A stretch of DNA of 54,814 nucleotides, taken from Terracidiphilus sp. (GTDB lineage Bacteria; Acidobacteriota; Terriglobia; Terriglobales; Acidobacteriaceae). Of this stretch, positions 8,853 to 18,540 are shown piece after piece (position 1 is the first letter of the stretch; the number at the start of each line of letters is the position of its first letter). The notes beneath the pieces were generated by a model, which saw nothing but the letters and a program-made list of their open reading frames with translations, searched no databases and was not told the DNA's origin. The stretch is from NCBI GenBank assembly GCA_035692885.1, contig DASSHM010000081.1, forward strand, positions 1 to 54,814, written 5' to 3'. The translations under genes and the position numbers were made by a program.

Positions 8853-9680
8853 ATGGAAGTCCTCTATGGCCTGCATCCCGTGGAAGAGACGCTGCGGGCA
8901 GGAAAGCGCCGGGTGGATGAGGTGCTGGTGGCACGCGAGCGCCGGGATGATCGTCTCGCCCGTCTCGCGGCCGCCTGCCGTCAGGCCGGAGTGCGCGTTC
9001 GCCCGGAATCGCGCGAGCTACTCACGCAACTGGCCGGCACGCAGAATCACCAGGGAGTGGTGGCCATGGTGCGCGCGCAGGAGCCGCTTGCTTTGGAGAG
9101 TCTCTTCAAGCCACCCTCCCTGCCTCACGGGGCGCCCTCGGCGCCAAGGCTGGTGCTGGCACTGGATGGCGTGGAGGATCCGCAGAATCTCGGCGCGCTG
9201 CTGCGCGTGGCAGACGGGGCGGGAGTGGATGGAGTGGTGCTCACCCAGCGCCGCTCGGCTCCACTGAGCCCGGCGGCGGTAAAGGCCAGCGCCGGGGCCG
9301 TGGAGCACCTGCGCATCGCGCGCGTTGTGAATCTGGTTCGCGCGCTCGGGGAACTCAAGCAGCAAAATCTCTGGGTGATCGGCCTTGATGAGCGCGGCAG
9401 TCAGGAGTACGACCAGTTCAACTTCACCGGGGACTGCGTACTCGTGCTGGGACGCGAAGGGGCGGGGCTGCACGACCTTGTACGACGCACCTGCGACCAC
9501 CTGCTGCGCATCCCCATGGCCGGCGGCGTCAGCTCGCTCAACGTCTCCGCCGCGGCGGCGGTTGTGCTCTACGAGGCCGCTCGCCAGCGCCGCGCCGCCG
9601 CCCGGCAGGCTGGGGTATCCGCTCGCCCGGCTGCTGCCGCGGCGTCCAATGCAAAGCAACAGAAAGGCCTCGGTTCATGA
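8853..9680 (+). CDS. rlmB: 23S rRNA (Gm2251) 2'-O-methyltransferase, TrmH/SpoU family
   Basis: LYGLHPV, HQGVVA, DPQNLGALLR, LGREGAGL, IPMAGGVSSLNVS. Confidence 0.92.
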   Translation: MEVLYGLHPVEETLRAGKRRVDEVLVARERRDDRLARLAAACRQAGVRVRPESRELLTQLAGTQNHQGVVAMVRAQEPLALESLFKPPSLPHGAPSAPRLVLALDGVEDPQNLGALLRVADGAGVDGVVLTQRRSAPLSPAAVKASAGAVEHLRIARVVNLVRALGELKQQNLWVIGLDERGSQEYDQFNFTGDCVLVLGREGAGLHDLVRRTCDHLLRIPMAGGVSSLNVSAAAAVVLYEAARQRRAAARQAGVSARPAAAAASNAKQQKGLGS

Positions 9681-11629
9681 TGTTCTTCTCTGCCGGAAGG
9701 CTGGCAACCATCGCGGTTGCGGTCAGTCTGGCAACCATTCCATGCGCGGCACAATCAACGGCCGGCGGGTCCCCGGGCTCCAACTCCACCGCCAAGCCGG
9801 CGAGTCCCAAGCCAGGCGGCACGGTCATCTTCTCCCGCTCGATTGACGCGAACGGAAATACGGTGACCGAGTCCGCTCCCGCCCCGGTCCCTGCGACGGC
9901 TGAAGCCAATCCGAACGCCGTGGCCACGGACCCGGAGCGCAAAGCGGTCACCATGACCGGCTTCGATATGGACGTGCATCTGCACACCGCCGCACACGAG
10001 ATTGAAGTTCGCGCCCTGGTGACGGTGCGCAACGACGGAGCAGTGCCGCTGGCGCACATCCCCCTTCAGCTTTCCTCTTCGCTGCACTGGGACCAGGTGC
10101 GCCTCAACGGCAGGAACATCAGCTTTCCGGTTGCCCGCATCAACTCTGACGTGGACCACACGGGACAACTGAACGAGGCGGCCATCCCGCTGTCGCAGCC
10201 GCTGGCTCCCGGAGCCTCGCTGAATCTTGACGTGAATTACTCCGGCGTCATCGCCGAGTCGGCGCGCCGGCTCGTCGCCCTTGGGGCTCCAGACGACCAG
10301 GCCGCGCACACTGACTGGGACCGGATTGACACCGCGTTCACCGGCCTGCGCGGATTCGGCAATGTTGTGTGGTATCCGGTCTGCAGCGTGCCTGTGCTGC
10401 TGGGCGACGGCGCGCGGCTCTTCCGGGAGATTGGTGAACACAAGCAGCGGCTTGCCGGCGCGCATTTCAAAATGCATCTCACCGTGGAGTTCCCGCCCGG
10501 AGATGCGCCTGACGTGGCGCTCGTGAATGGCCACCCCGCCGCGCTCTCAGTGCCGGCCCCGCGCGGCCTCGACACATCCGTCGCTGGCGTTGCCAGCGCG
10601 GCCACGGGTGATACGACCCTCGCCTTCCAGTCCCCAAGCCTCTTCGTCGCCATTCGCAAGGCCCACGCGGGAACCAACATGACGGCCTGGGCGACGCCGG
10701 AAAATGAAGCCAGCGTGGAAAGCTGGGTCACCGAATCGGCGGTGGTTTCCCGGTTCGTCGCGCGATGGCTCGGCCCGCAACCGCGCGCGCAGCTCACCCT
10801 GCTGGACCTTCCCGACCCTGACGATGCGCCCTTTGCCACCGGCGCCATGCTGGCGGTCAGCCTGCAGGCCGCGCAGCCCGCGCAGATCGACCCGGCCCTG
10901 GTGCATGCCCTCGGATACGCGTGGATGCAATCACCCCATGCATGGCTCAACGAGGGAGTGGCATTCTTTATGAACACCCTGTGGACGGAAAAGGAGCATG
11001 GCCGCGATCGCGCCCTGGAGATGCTTGAAGCCGAGCGCCCGGCTCTGGCTCTGGCGGAGCCGTCCAGCCCCGGCGAGGGCCCCGGGCAGCCACTGCCTGT
11101 GGCCACCCTGCCCATCTACTACCGCACCAAGGCCGCCTATGTCTTCTGGATGCTGCGTGACCTGGCGGGAGATGCGGCGCTCTCTGCGGCACTCAAAGCC
11201 TATAACCCCGCGCAGGATCCTCCCGGGCTGGCGGATGGCGCCTACTTTGAGCATCTGCTCACGCAGAGCGAGCCCAAAAATGATCTGGCGTGGTTCTTTG
11301 CCGACTGGGTGAGGGCTGACAAAGGCCTGCCCGATCTCAGCGTCAGGGATGTCTATCCCAGCCCGGCCCAGGCCGGCACGTGGCTGGTTGCCGTGACGGT
11401 GGAGAATTCAGGCTACGCCGCCGCCGATGTGCCCGTTACCTTGCGTACCGGCAAGATCAGCCTGTCCGATCGCATGCTTGTTCCGGCGCGCGGCCGTGTG
11501 GTCAAGCACCTGGTCGTGCTGGCGAGGCCGGCCGAGGCGCAGGTGAACGACGGCACCGTGCCTGAAACCGAGGCCAGCGTTCACATCACTCATCTTGAGA
11601 GCCCGGCTGCTGGCGCGCCTTCACCTTGA
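9677..11629 (+). CDS. secreted M1-aminopeptidase-fold protein lacking HExxH (probable pseudopeptidase)
   Basis: Signal peptide. WLNEG and YYRTKAAYVFWMLRDLAGD resemble M1/gluzincin motifs, but the zinc motif reads HALGY. Confidence 0.65.
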   Translation: MMFFSAGRLATIAVAVSLATIPCAAQSTAGGSPGSNSTAKPASPKPGGTVIFSRSIDANGNTVTESAPAPVPATAEANPNAVATDPERKAVTMTGFDMDVHLHTAAHEIEVRALVTVRNDGAVPLAHIPLQLSSSLHWDQVRLNGRNISFPVARINSDVDHTGQLNEAAIPLSQPLAPGASLNLDVNYSGVIAESARRLVALGAPDDQAAHTDWDRIDTAFTGLRGFGNVVWYPVCSVPVLLGDGARLFREIGEHKQRLAGAHFKMHLTVEFPPGDAPDVALVNGHPAALSVPAPRGLDTSVAGVASAATGDTTLAFQSPSLFVAIRKAHAGTNMTAWATPENEASVESWVTESAVVSRFVARWLGPQPRAQLTLLDLPDPDDAPFATGAMLAVSLQAAQPAQIDPALVHALGYAWMQSPHAWLNEGVAFFMNTLWTEKEHGRDRALEMLEAERPALALAEPSSPGEGPGQPLPVATLPIYYRTKAAYVFWMLRDLAGDAALSAALKAYNPAQDPPGLADGAYFEHLLTQSEPKNDLAWFFADWVRADKGLPDLSVRDVYPSPAQAGTWLVAVTVENSGYAAADVPVTLRTGKISLSDRMLVPARGRVVKHLVVLARPAEAQVNDGTVPETEASVHITHLESPAAGAPSP

Positions 11630-13055
11630 ACCAGATGGGCGTGCCCTTGAAGCCGAAGGCCTCGCGAATCTGGTTTTCAAGAAAGCGCTCAAACGCAAAG
11701 TGCAACCGTACATCGCGGTCAGTGAACAGCACAAACGTGGGCGGCGCGACGGCGGCCTGCGTCATATAGAAGATGCGGACGCGCTTTGACATCGGTACCG
11801 GCGCGCGCTGGAAATCGATGTGTTCGAGAAAGCGGTTCATCTGGCCGGTGGTCACGCGCTTGCGCCGTTCCGCGGCCGCGGCCTTGACCTCGCGCATAAC
11901 GCGGCTCATGCCCTTCTGCTCGAGCGCCGAGAGAAAGATGACCGGAGCATAGTGCAGGTACTTGAGAACCCGGCGCAGTTGCTGCTCAAAGATTGCGCGG
12001 TCGGCGGGCGGCTTGCTGCCGGTGCGGCCAGTCGTCACGGCGTCCCACTTGTTTACAACGATGATGACGCTGCGCCCGCTCTCATGGGCATAGCCGCCGA
12101 TGGTGGCGTCGCTGGCCGTTACGCCCTCCGTCGCGTCGATCACCAGCAGGGCCACGTCCGCGGCCTCCAGATGCCGCCGCGCCATCACCACGCTCAACTT
12201 CTCAGCCATCAGGTGCGTCTTGCCCTTGCGCCTGATGCCGGCCGTATCCACAAAGCGCAGCCTGCCGCCTTCAAACTCCACCACTTCGTCCACCGCATCG
12301 CGCGTGGTTCCGGCTATGGGCGACACAATGGCCCGCGAGGTGCCGGTGAGCGCGTTCAGCAGCGTTGACTTGCCCACGTTGGGCCGGCCGATGATGGCCA
12401 CGGAGATCTCATGCTGCTCAAACCGGCCGTCCGTGCGATGCACCGCCGGTCCGTCTCGCGCTGTCTCTGGCTGCGCGGGCGTCTCAACCGGCGGCCCGGC
12501 ATCCTCAGCCGGCACAGGGAGAGCCGCCGCAAGCGCGTCCAGCAGGTCGCCGATGCCCAGCCCATGCTCTGAGCTGATGGGATAGACCTGCCGGATGCCA
12601 AGGCTGCGAAAGTTCTCCGCGGCGAGCGCCATGGCCTCGCCTTCCACCTTGTTGACCGCCAGAAAGACAGGCTTTCCGCCGCGGGGCAGCATCCGAATCA
12701 GGTCATGGTCGGGCCGTGCCAGCTCGGTGCGCGCATCCACCACCAGCACCAGGGCGTCTGCCTCCCGCAGCGCCATCTTGGCCTGGTTGTAGATTTCCGT
12801 GGGAATCAGCTCGGGGTCGTCGGGGATGATGCCGCCGGTATCCACCAGCCGGAACCGCCGCCCCGCCCACTCAACCTCGCCGTAGATGCGGTCACGGGTA
12901 ATGCCGGGCTCGTCGCCCACAATGGAGCGGCGGCTGCCCGTAAGCCGGTTGAACAGCGTGGATTTGCCCACGTTGGGGCGTCCCACGATGGCCACCAGCG
13001 GCAGCGAATTCGCGCCAGCGCGGCTGGGCGCCACCGACCTGCGATACGTGGGCAA
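11586..13055 (-). CDS. der: ribosome biogenesis GTPase Der (EngA)
   Basis: Two GRPNVGKS P-loops, DTGG/DTAG, NKVE/NKWD, C-terminal KH-like domain (FGFKGTPI). Exact start uncertain. Confidence 0.96.
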   Translation of the reverse strand: MPTYRRSVAPSRAGANSLPLVAIVGRPNVGKSTLFNRLTGSRRSIVGDEPGITRDRIYGEVEWAGRRFRLVDTGGIIPDDPELIPTEIYNQAKMALREADALVLVVDARTELARPDHDLIRMLPRGGKPVFLAVNKVEGEAMALAAENFRSLGIRQVYPISSEHGLGIGDLLDALAAALPVPAEDAGPPVETPAQPETARDGPAVHRTDGRFEQHEISVAIIGRPNVGKSTLLNALTGTSRAIVSPIAGTTRDAVDEVVEFEGGRLRFVDTAGIRRKGKTHLMAEKLSVVMARRHLEAADVALLVIDATEGVTASDATIGGYAHESGRSVIIVVNKWDAVTTGRTGSKPPADRAIFEQQLRRVLKYLHYAPVIFLSALEQKGMSRVMREVKAAAAERRKRVTTGQMNRFLEHIDFQRAPVPMSKRVRIFYMTQAAVAPPTFVLFTDRDVRLHFAFERFLENQIREAFGFKGTPIWFKVKARQQPGSQDE

Positions 13056-13338
13056 AGGCTACTCCATTCTCACGGCGAGCCGCCAGCGGCGGGACCTCGT
13101 CCACGGCGATGAAAAGTGGCGGGGCTCTGGAATCAGTCATGCGCGGGATCAGGCTTATTTCGGCATTCAAGCCGCGTCCCGCTTACTGCGAGTCCTCTGA
13201 ACAGTCTATCGTTTGCGCGGCGTACCGGTCATCGCGGGCTGCCTGCGGCGTCAGCGGCGCTAAGGGCCGGTTTGTGTGTACAAGTGCTTTCACCCCGTGT
13301 ACACTGCGTCAGTTCACTGACTGAAGGAGGTTGTTCCC

Positions 13339-13614
13339 GTGCCAAAGTATGTGATTGAACGAGAGATTCCCGGTGCTGGAGCGCTATCAGCTGAGCAGCT
13401 TCACGCAATCTCACAGAAGTCCTGCGACATTCTCAAGGATATGGGCCCGCAGATTCAGTGGGTGCAGAGCTATGTGACCGACAACAAGCTCTACTGTGTC
13501 TACATCGCGCCCGACGAGGCGATGGTGCGCGAACACGCGCGCCAGGGCGCATTTCCTGTCACCAGTGTCTCCGCGGTGCGTTCGGTCATCGATCCAACGA
13601 CGGCAGAGGATTAG
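13339..13614 (+). CDS. DUF4242 / SCO4226-like small protein
   Basis: MPKYVIERE...W..SYV...K.YCVY.AP....REHA pattern. Strong AAGGAGG SD. Confidence 0.8.
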   Translation: MPKYVIEREIPGAGALSAEQLHAISQKSCDILKDMGPQIQWVQSYVTDNKLYCVYIAPDEAMVREHARQGAFPVTSVSAVRSVIDPTTAED

Positions 13615-13728
13615 CCCCTCGGCCATTCGTCCGCCACACGCCACAGTCCGCGGCTTGCGAGCGGTGGAGATGCCGCGCGGCAGGCATCTGACTTCCTCAC
13701 TATGATGAAGGAAGCAGACGGTTTCCTG

Positions 13729-15735
13729 ATGGCCCCCACCGACGCACAAACCCGCACCCTGCCCAGCCTCCAGGAGTTCTTCGCGCCGGGCGGCATCCTT
13801 GCCCGCTCCAGCCTGCCCTATGAGTACCGTCCCGGCCAGCTTGACATGGCCCGGGCGGTCGAACGCGCGCTCGAAGAACGCCGCCACCTGGTTGTCGAGG
13901 CGGGCACGGGAACCGGCAAAACGCTTGCCTACCTGCTGCCCGCGCTGCGCACCGGGCGGCGGGTCATCGTCTCCACCGGCACCAAGGCGCTGCAGGATCA
14001 GCTCTATTTTCGCGACGTCCCCTTTCTCGAGTCTCTGCTGGGTGAGCTGCGCGTCTGCTATATGAAGGGCCGGGCCAACTACCTCTGCCGCCACAAACTG
14101 GTGGCGCTGCGCAACCAGCCCATCCTTTCCGGCCTCGAGGAGATTGACCAGTATCACCAGATTGCCGAGTGGGAAAAGACCACCGCGACCGGGGATCGCT
14201 CGGAGATCGCGGGCCTGCCCGAGTCCAGCGCCCTGTGGCACAAGCTCGACGCGCGTGCCGAGGCTTGCCTGGGCTCCACATGCCCTGACTACCAGCGCTG
14301 CTTCATCACGGAGATGCGGCGGAGGGCGCTTGAGTCAGACATCATCATCGTCAATCACCATCTGTTTTTTGCCGATCTTGCCCTCAGGCAGCAGGCGGCC
14401 GGGGCGCCCGATGCCGGAATCCTGCCCGACGCGGCCGCGGTCATCTTTGACGAGGCGCACGAGCTGGAAGAGGTGGCCTCCAGTTACTTCGGCCTGTCTG
14501 TTTCCAATATCCGCTTTGAAGAGCTGGCGCGCGATATCGACGTGGTGCTGCGCGGCAGGGAGGGCACCGTCAACCTGCCCGTCCTCACCCAGCAGTTGCG
14601 CGAGCGGGCACGCCTGCTCTTCGCCGCGCTTCCCATCTCTGCCGACGGACGCCAGCCCTTCGCCGCGCGCGAGGAGTTTCTCGAATCCTCCGGAGACCTC
14701 TATCTGGCCGTTCGCGCCTCGCTCAGGACACTGGAGGCCGAGATGGACAGGCTCTCGGGCATCGACGAATCCTCCGGATTCAAAAAGAGAGTGGCGCGCC
14801 TGCGCGGCGAGCTGGAGTTTCTGCTCGAATCGAACGCCGGCAACATGGTCTATTGGATTGAGCGGCGTCTCCCCGGCTCCGCGGCGGAAAAGTCCCCGCA
14901 GGAGATGCGTTCGCCGGGTCGCGGCGCGGTTCGCTCCACCTTTCTTCAGGCCACTCCCATTGACGTTTCTGAGCTGCTGCACGAGCAGGTCTTTGAGGCC
15001 GTCCCCACCGCGATTCTCACCTCTGCCACGCTGACCGTCCAAGGCGGATTTGAGCACATCCGGCGGCGTCTGGGCCTCACGGAGGCGCGCGAACTGGTGG
15101 TTCCCTCGCACTTCCGCTATGGCGAGCAGGCGCTGCTCTACCTGCCGCCGCAGATGCCCGACCCGCGCGATCCGGAGTTTCCTGCCGCCGCCGCCGAGTG
15201 CATCCGGCGGGTACTCCACCTCAGCCGCGGCCGCGCCTTTTGCCTGTTCACCAGCTACAGCCAGATGCGCGGCCTGTATGAACGGCTCCTGCCGGTTCTC
15301 GATTTCCCCGTTCTTCTGCACGGTACGGCGCCGCGCAAAGCGCTGCTGGAGCAGTTCCGCACCACGCCCAATGCGGTTCTGTTCGGCACCTCCAGCTTCT
15401 GGCAGGGTGTGGACGTGCAGGGCGAGGCGCTGAGCTGCGTCATCATTGACCGCCTGCCCTTCGCCGTGCCCGGCGACCCCGTGGTGCAGGCCCGCATGAA
15501 GGCCATTGAGGAAGCGGGCGGGCGTCCATTCTTCGACTACCAGGTACCCGAGGCTGTGCTCACCCTCAAGCAGGGCTTCGGCCGCCTCATCCGCTCGCTT
15601 GAAGACCGCGGCTTGCTCGTGCTCCTCGACCCCCGCATCCGCACGCAGCGCTACGGCCAGGCATTTCTCCAGAGTCTGCCGCCCTATCGCATGACCACCA
15701 GCATCGCAGATGTTGAGAAGTTCTTTCAGGCGTGA
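13729..15735 (+). CDS. DinG/YoaA-family Fe-S ATP-dependent DNA helicase
   Basis: YRPGQ Q-motif, EAGTGTGKT, four Fe-S cysteines, DEAH, SATL, QGFGRLIRS. Start 13729 or 13702. Confidence 0.92.
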   Translation: MAPTDAQTRTLPSLQEFFAPGGILARSSLPYEYRPGQLDMARAVERALEERRHLVVEAGTGTGKTLAYLLPALRTGRRVIVSTGTKALQDQLYFRDVPFLESLLGELRVCYMKGRANYLCRHKLVALRNQPILSGLEEIDQYHQIAEWEKTTATGDRSEIAGLPESSALWHKLDARAEACLGSTCPDYQRCFITEMRRRALESDIIIVNHHLFFADLALRQQAAGAPDAGILPDAAAVIFDEAHELEEVASSYFGLSVSNIRFEELARDIDVVLRGREGTVNLPVLTQQLRERARLLFAALPISADGRQPFAAREEFLESSGDLYLAVRASLRTLEAEMDRLSGIDESSGFKKRVARLRGELEFLLESNAGNMVYWIERRLPGSAAEKSPQEMRSPGRGAVRSTFLQATPIDVSELLHEQVFEAVPTAILTSATLTVQGGFEHIRRRLGLTEARELVVPSHFRYGEQALLYLPPQMPDPRDPEFPAAAAECIRRVLHLSRGRAFCLFTSYSQMRGLYERLLPVLDFPVLLHGTAPRKALLEQFRTTPNAVLFGTSSFWQGVDVQGEALSCVIIDRLPFAVPGDPVVQARMKAIEEAGGRPFFDYQVPEAVLTLKQGFGRLIRSLEDRGLLVLLDPRIRTQRYGQAFLQSLPPYRMTTSIADVEKFFQA

Positions 15736-15842
15736 AAATCGAGCCGCGACCACTCGGGATTAGCAACCAATATAGCGAGTTTATATAAGTTATCAATAAT
15801 AGAAAATAACACTAATTTAGATAAATATGCTATACTTCTCAT

Positions 15843-17042
15843 GTGGATCCAGTTAAGAATCCGTTTGCTCCGGGAGCGGGCAGCCCACCCCCGGAACTCG
15901 CCGGGCGAGGCGACATCGAACGGGATGTAAATATCCGCCTTGAACGCCGGCGCGTCGGTCGTCCTGCGAAGAGCGTGATTCTTGTCGGCCTGCGCGGTGT
16001 GGGCAAGACTGTTTTGCTCGACCAGATGCGTAAAAATGCCGAAGCTTCCGGCATGCAGACTCTCCGCATCGAGGCGCCGGAGAATCGGTCCCTGCCTGCC
16101 CTGCTTGCTCCGCCACTTCGCGTTGTACTTCTTGAGCTCAGCAAGAAGAGTGCGGCACGCGACATCGCTATCCGCGCGTTAAGAGCTCTGGCAGGTTTCG
16201 CCCGGACGTTGAAGCTTAGATACAAGGATATCGAAGTAGGATTTGACTACGAACCTGAACCGGGACTGGCCGACAACGGCGACCTTGAGGGCGATCTAAC
16301 GACATTGCTGCGGCAGGTCGGCGACGCTGCCAAGGCGGGTGCCACCGCCCTTGTCATGTTTATTGATGAGCTACAGTATGTTAATGAAGCGCAGCTGGCT
16401 GCGCTTATTTCCGCATTGCATCGTTGTGCGCAGGATAGCTTGCCGGTAACGGTGGTGGGCGCCGGATTGCCTCTGTTGCGAGCGAGCCTGGGTGAAGCCA
16501 AGTCGTATGCTGAGCGGCTCTTTGATTTTGCTGAAATCGGCCCACTTTCTCCCGCCGATGCGCGGGAGGCGATTGTCCGTCCAATCGAAGCCGAGGGATC
16601 CGCAATCAACGAGGATGCCGTCGGCCTCATCTTGCAGAAGACCCAATGCTATCCCTACTTTTTGCAGGAGTGGGGAAAGCACGCCTGGGATGTAGCCCCT
16701 GGAAGCCCCATCGAGTGGCAGGACGTGGCAAACGCTTCAGATGTGGCTGTTGCTGCCCTTGATGACAGCTTCTTCCGTGTGCGCTTTGATCGGCTTACCC
16801 CGAATGAAAAGAAGTATCTGCGTGCAATGGCTGAGCTTGGACCTGGACCGCATCGTTCTGGAGATGTAGCGGACCAGTTCGGCAGACGCGTTCAGTCGCT
16901 TGGACCAACACGCGCCACATTGATTTCCAAGGGAATGATCTGGAGTCCCACGCACGGTGACACGGCCTTTACGGTACCGCTCTTTGACGAGTTCATGAAG
17001 CGGATCATGCCCGGCGATGACTGGCGGCGGGAAGGCACTTGA
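15843..17042 (+). CDS. P-loop ATPase (AAA_16/STAND-like) with C-terminal winged helix
   Basis: NPFAPGAG..P..LAGR, Walker A GLRGVGKT, Walker B FIDELQ, YPYFLQ, terminal FTVPLF. AT-rich upstream region. Confidence 0.8.
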   Translation: MDPVKNPFAPGAGSPPPELAGRGDIERDVNIRLERRRVGRPAKSVILVGLRGVGKTVLLDQMRKNAEASGMQTLRIEAPENRSLPALLAPPLRVVLLELSKKSAARDIAIRALRALAGFARTLKLRYKDIEVGFDYEPEPGLADNGDLEGDLTTLLRQVGDAAKAGATALVMFIDELQYVNEAQLAALISALHRCAQDSLPVTVVGAGLPLLRASLGEAKSYAERLFDFAEIGPLSPADAREAIVRPIEAEGSAINEDAVGLILQKTQCYPYFLQEWGKHAWDVAPGSPIEWQDVANASDVAVAALDDSFFRVRFDRLTPNEKKYLRAMAELGPGPHRSGDVADQFGRRVQSLGPTRATLISKGMIWSPTHGDTAFTVPLFDEFMKRIMPGDDWRREGT

Positions 17043-17140
17043 ATATGGTCAATACTGTGCTGTTTCCTTGGCGCGATTGTGAAAGAATTGCTGGTTCGCA
17101 CCCTGTCTCGCATCAACTAAAGTGAGCTGGAGGCTGATGC

Positions 17141-17791
17141 ATGGCGTTACAGCGTACTCCCCAAGACGTTCTCATCGTCACCGACGTGCAGAAGGACTTT
17201 TGCCCCGGCGGCGCGCTGGCGGTGCCTGAAGGCGCACAGGTCATCGAAGTCATCCATCGCATTGCCCCGCTCTTTGAGCACATCGTCCTCACCCAGGACT
17301 GGCACCCGGCCGACCACTCCTCGTTTGCGTCAAATCATCCCGGAAAGCAGCCCTATGATCAGGTTGAGATGAGCTACGGGCGCCAGACACTCTGGCCCGA
17401 CCATTGCGTGCAGGGCAGCCACGGGGCCGAGTTTCACTCCGCTCTCCACCTGCCGCAGGCCGAACTGGTGCTGCGCAAGGGCTTTCATAAGCAGGTGGAT
17501 TCCTACTCGGCGTTCTTTGAGAACGATCATGTTACGTCCACCGGTCTCACCGGCTACCTGCGCGAGCGCGGCCTCGCGCGCGTCTTTTTTGTGGGTCTGG
17601 CCTATGACTTCTGCGTGGCCTACTCCGCGCTCGACGCGCGAAAGCAGGGATTCGAAGCGATCGTCATCTACGACGGGTGCCGCGCCATTGACCTCGACGG
17701 CTCCGCGCTTCGTACGCATAATGAGTTTGCTCAGGCCGGCGTGGCCGAGATTGAGAGCACGGAGCTTTCGTCCGGCGGTCCCACGCCGTAA
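17141..17791 (+). CDS. pncA: nicotinamidase/pyrazinamidase
   Basis: DVQKDFCPGGAL, QDWH, WPDHCVQG, RKG, DSYSAFF, GLAYDFCV (Asp-Lys-Cys triad). Confidence 0.93.
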   Translation: MALQRTPQDVLIVTDVQKDFCPGGALAVPEGAQVIEVIHRIAPLFEHIVLTQDWHPADHSSFASNHPGKQPYDQVEMSYGRQTLWPDHCVQGSHGAEFHSALHLPQAELVLRKGFHKQVDSYSAFFENDHVTSTGLTGYLRERGLARVFFVGLAYDFCVAYSALDARKQGFEAIVIYDGCRAIDLDGSALRTHNEFAQAGVAEIESTELSSGGPTP

Positions 17792-17827
17792 AATCTCTTC
17801 AGGGACGGGCGGCTCGCCCGCGCAGCA

Positions 17828-18112
17828 ATGTCACGCAATCTCTACATTCTGGCTGCCACGTTTGGCTTTCTCGCGCTGGTGTCCGCGGGTATGGCGCTGG
17901 TGCCCTCCAGCTTTCAGCCGGGGCTGCCGGCCAACGCCTCTCTGTGGCGCACGGTGGCCCTCGTCATGCTGCTGGCAGGCCTGGCGGCAGCGCTGATCGG
18001 AGTGCTCAGCAACCTGTTTGAACAGGTTGACCGCCGCAGCGAGGAGGCCCGGCAGGCCGCAAGAAGCAAAAGGCACGATGGCCACACCACCGGCGGCCCC
18101 GGCGGGCACTAG
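17828..18112 (+). CDS. small two-TM hypothetical membrane protein
   Basis: Two hydrophobic segments; fits the gap between pncA and queD. Confidence 0.6.
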   Translation: MSRNLYILAATFGFLALVSAGMALVPSSFQPGLPANASLWRTVALVMLLAGLAAALIGVLSNLFEQVDRRSEEARQAARSKRHDGHTTGGPGGH

Positions 18113-18157
18113 AATAGAGGCTGGGATGCTTCCCAGCACAGGACCGGTCAGACGCCG

Positions 18158-18535
18158 ATGTATGAAGTCACCGTGGAGGCCGGTTTCTCCTCCGGACATT
18201 ACCTTCGCAACTACCGCGGCAAGTGCGAAAACCCGCACGGGCACAACTACAAGGTGCGCGTGACTCTCATCGGCGAGGAGCTCGACTCCACCGGCCTCCT
18301 GCTCGACTTCAAGCTCCTCAAGCAGGTCATGCGGCCGGTGATTGACCGCATCGACCACCAGATGCTCAACGACATTGAGCCATTCACTCAGCTCAACCCC
18401 TCGGCTGAGAACATCGCCCGGTATTTCCATGACCAGACCAGCGAGCAGCTCAAGGGAATGACCCAGGGCCGCGTGCGTGTGAAGGACTGCACCATCTGGG
18501 AGACCGATACGACCACCGCCACCTACTACGAATAG
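18158..18535 (+). CDS. queD: 6-carboxy-5,6,7,8-tetrahydropterin synthase
   Basis: FSSGH, CENPHGHNY, DH..LN, PSAENIA, WET. Confidence 0.93.
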   Translation: MYEVTVEAGFSSGHYLRNYRGKCENPHGHNYKVRVTLIGEELDSTGLLLDFKLLKQVMRPVIDRIDHQMLNDIEPFTQLNPSAENIARYFHDQTSEQLKGMTQGRVRVKDCTIWETDTTTATYYE

Positions 18536-18540
18536 CCGGC

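Noticed and set aside
13729-17042. DinG plus ATPase as a type IV CRISPR or other defence pair
   Set aside because: The helicase looks like the housekeeping Fe-S YoaA/DinG type with host-like codon usage. The ATPase has its own promoter, and there are no cas genes.
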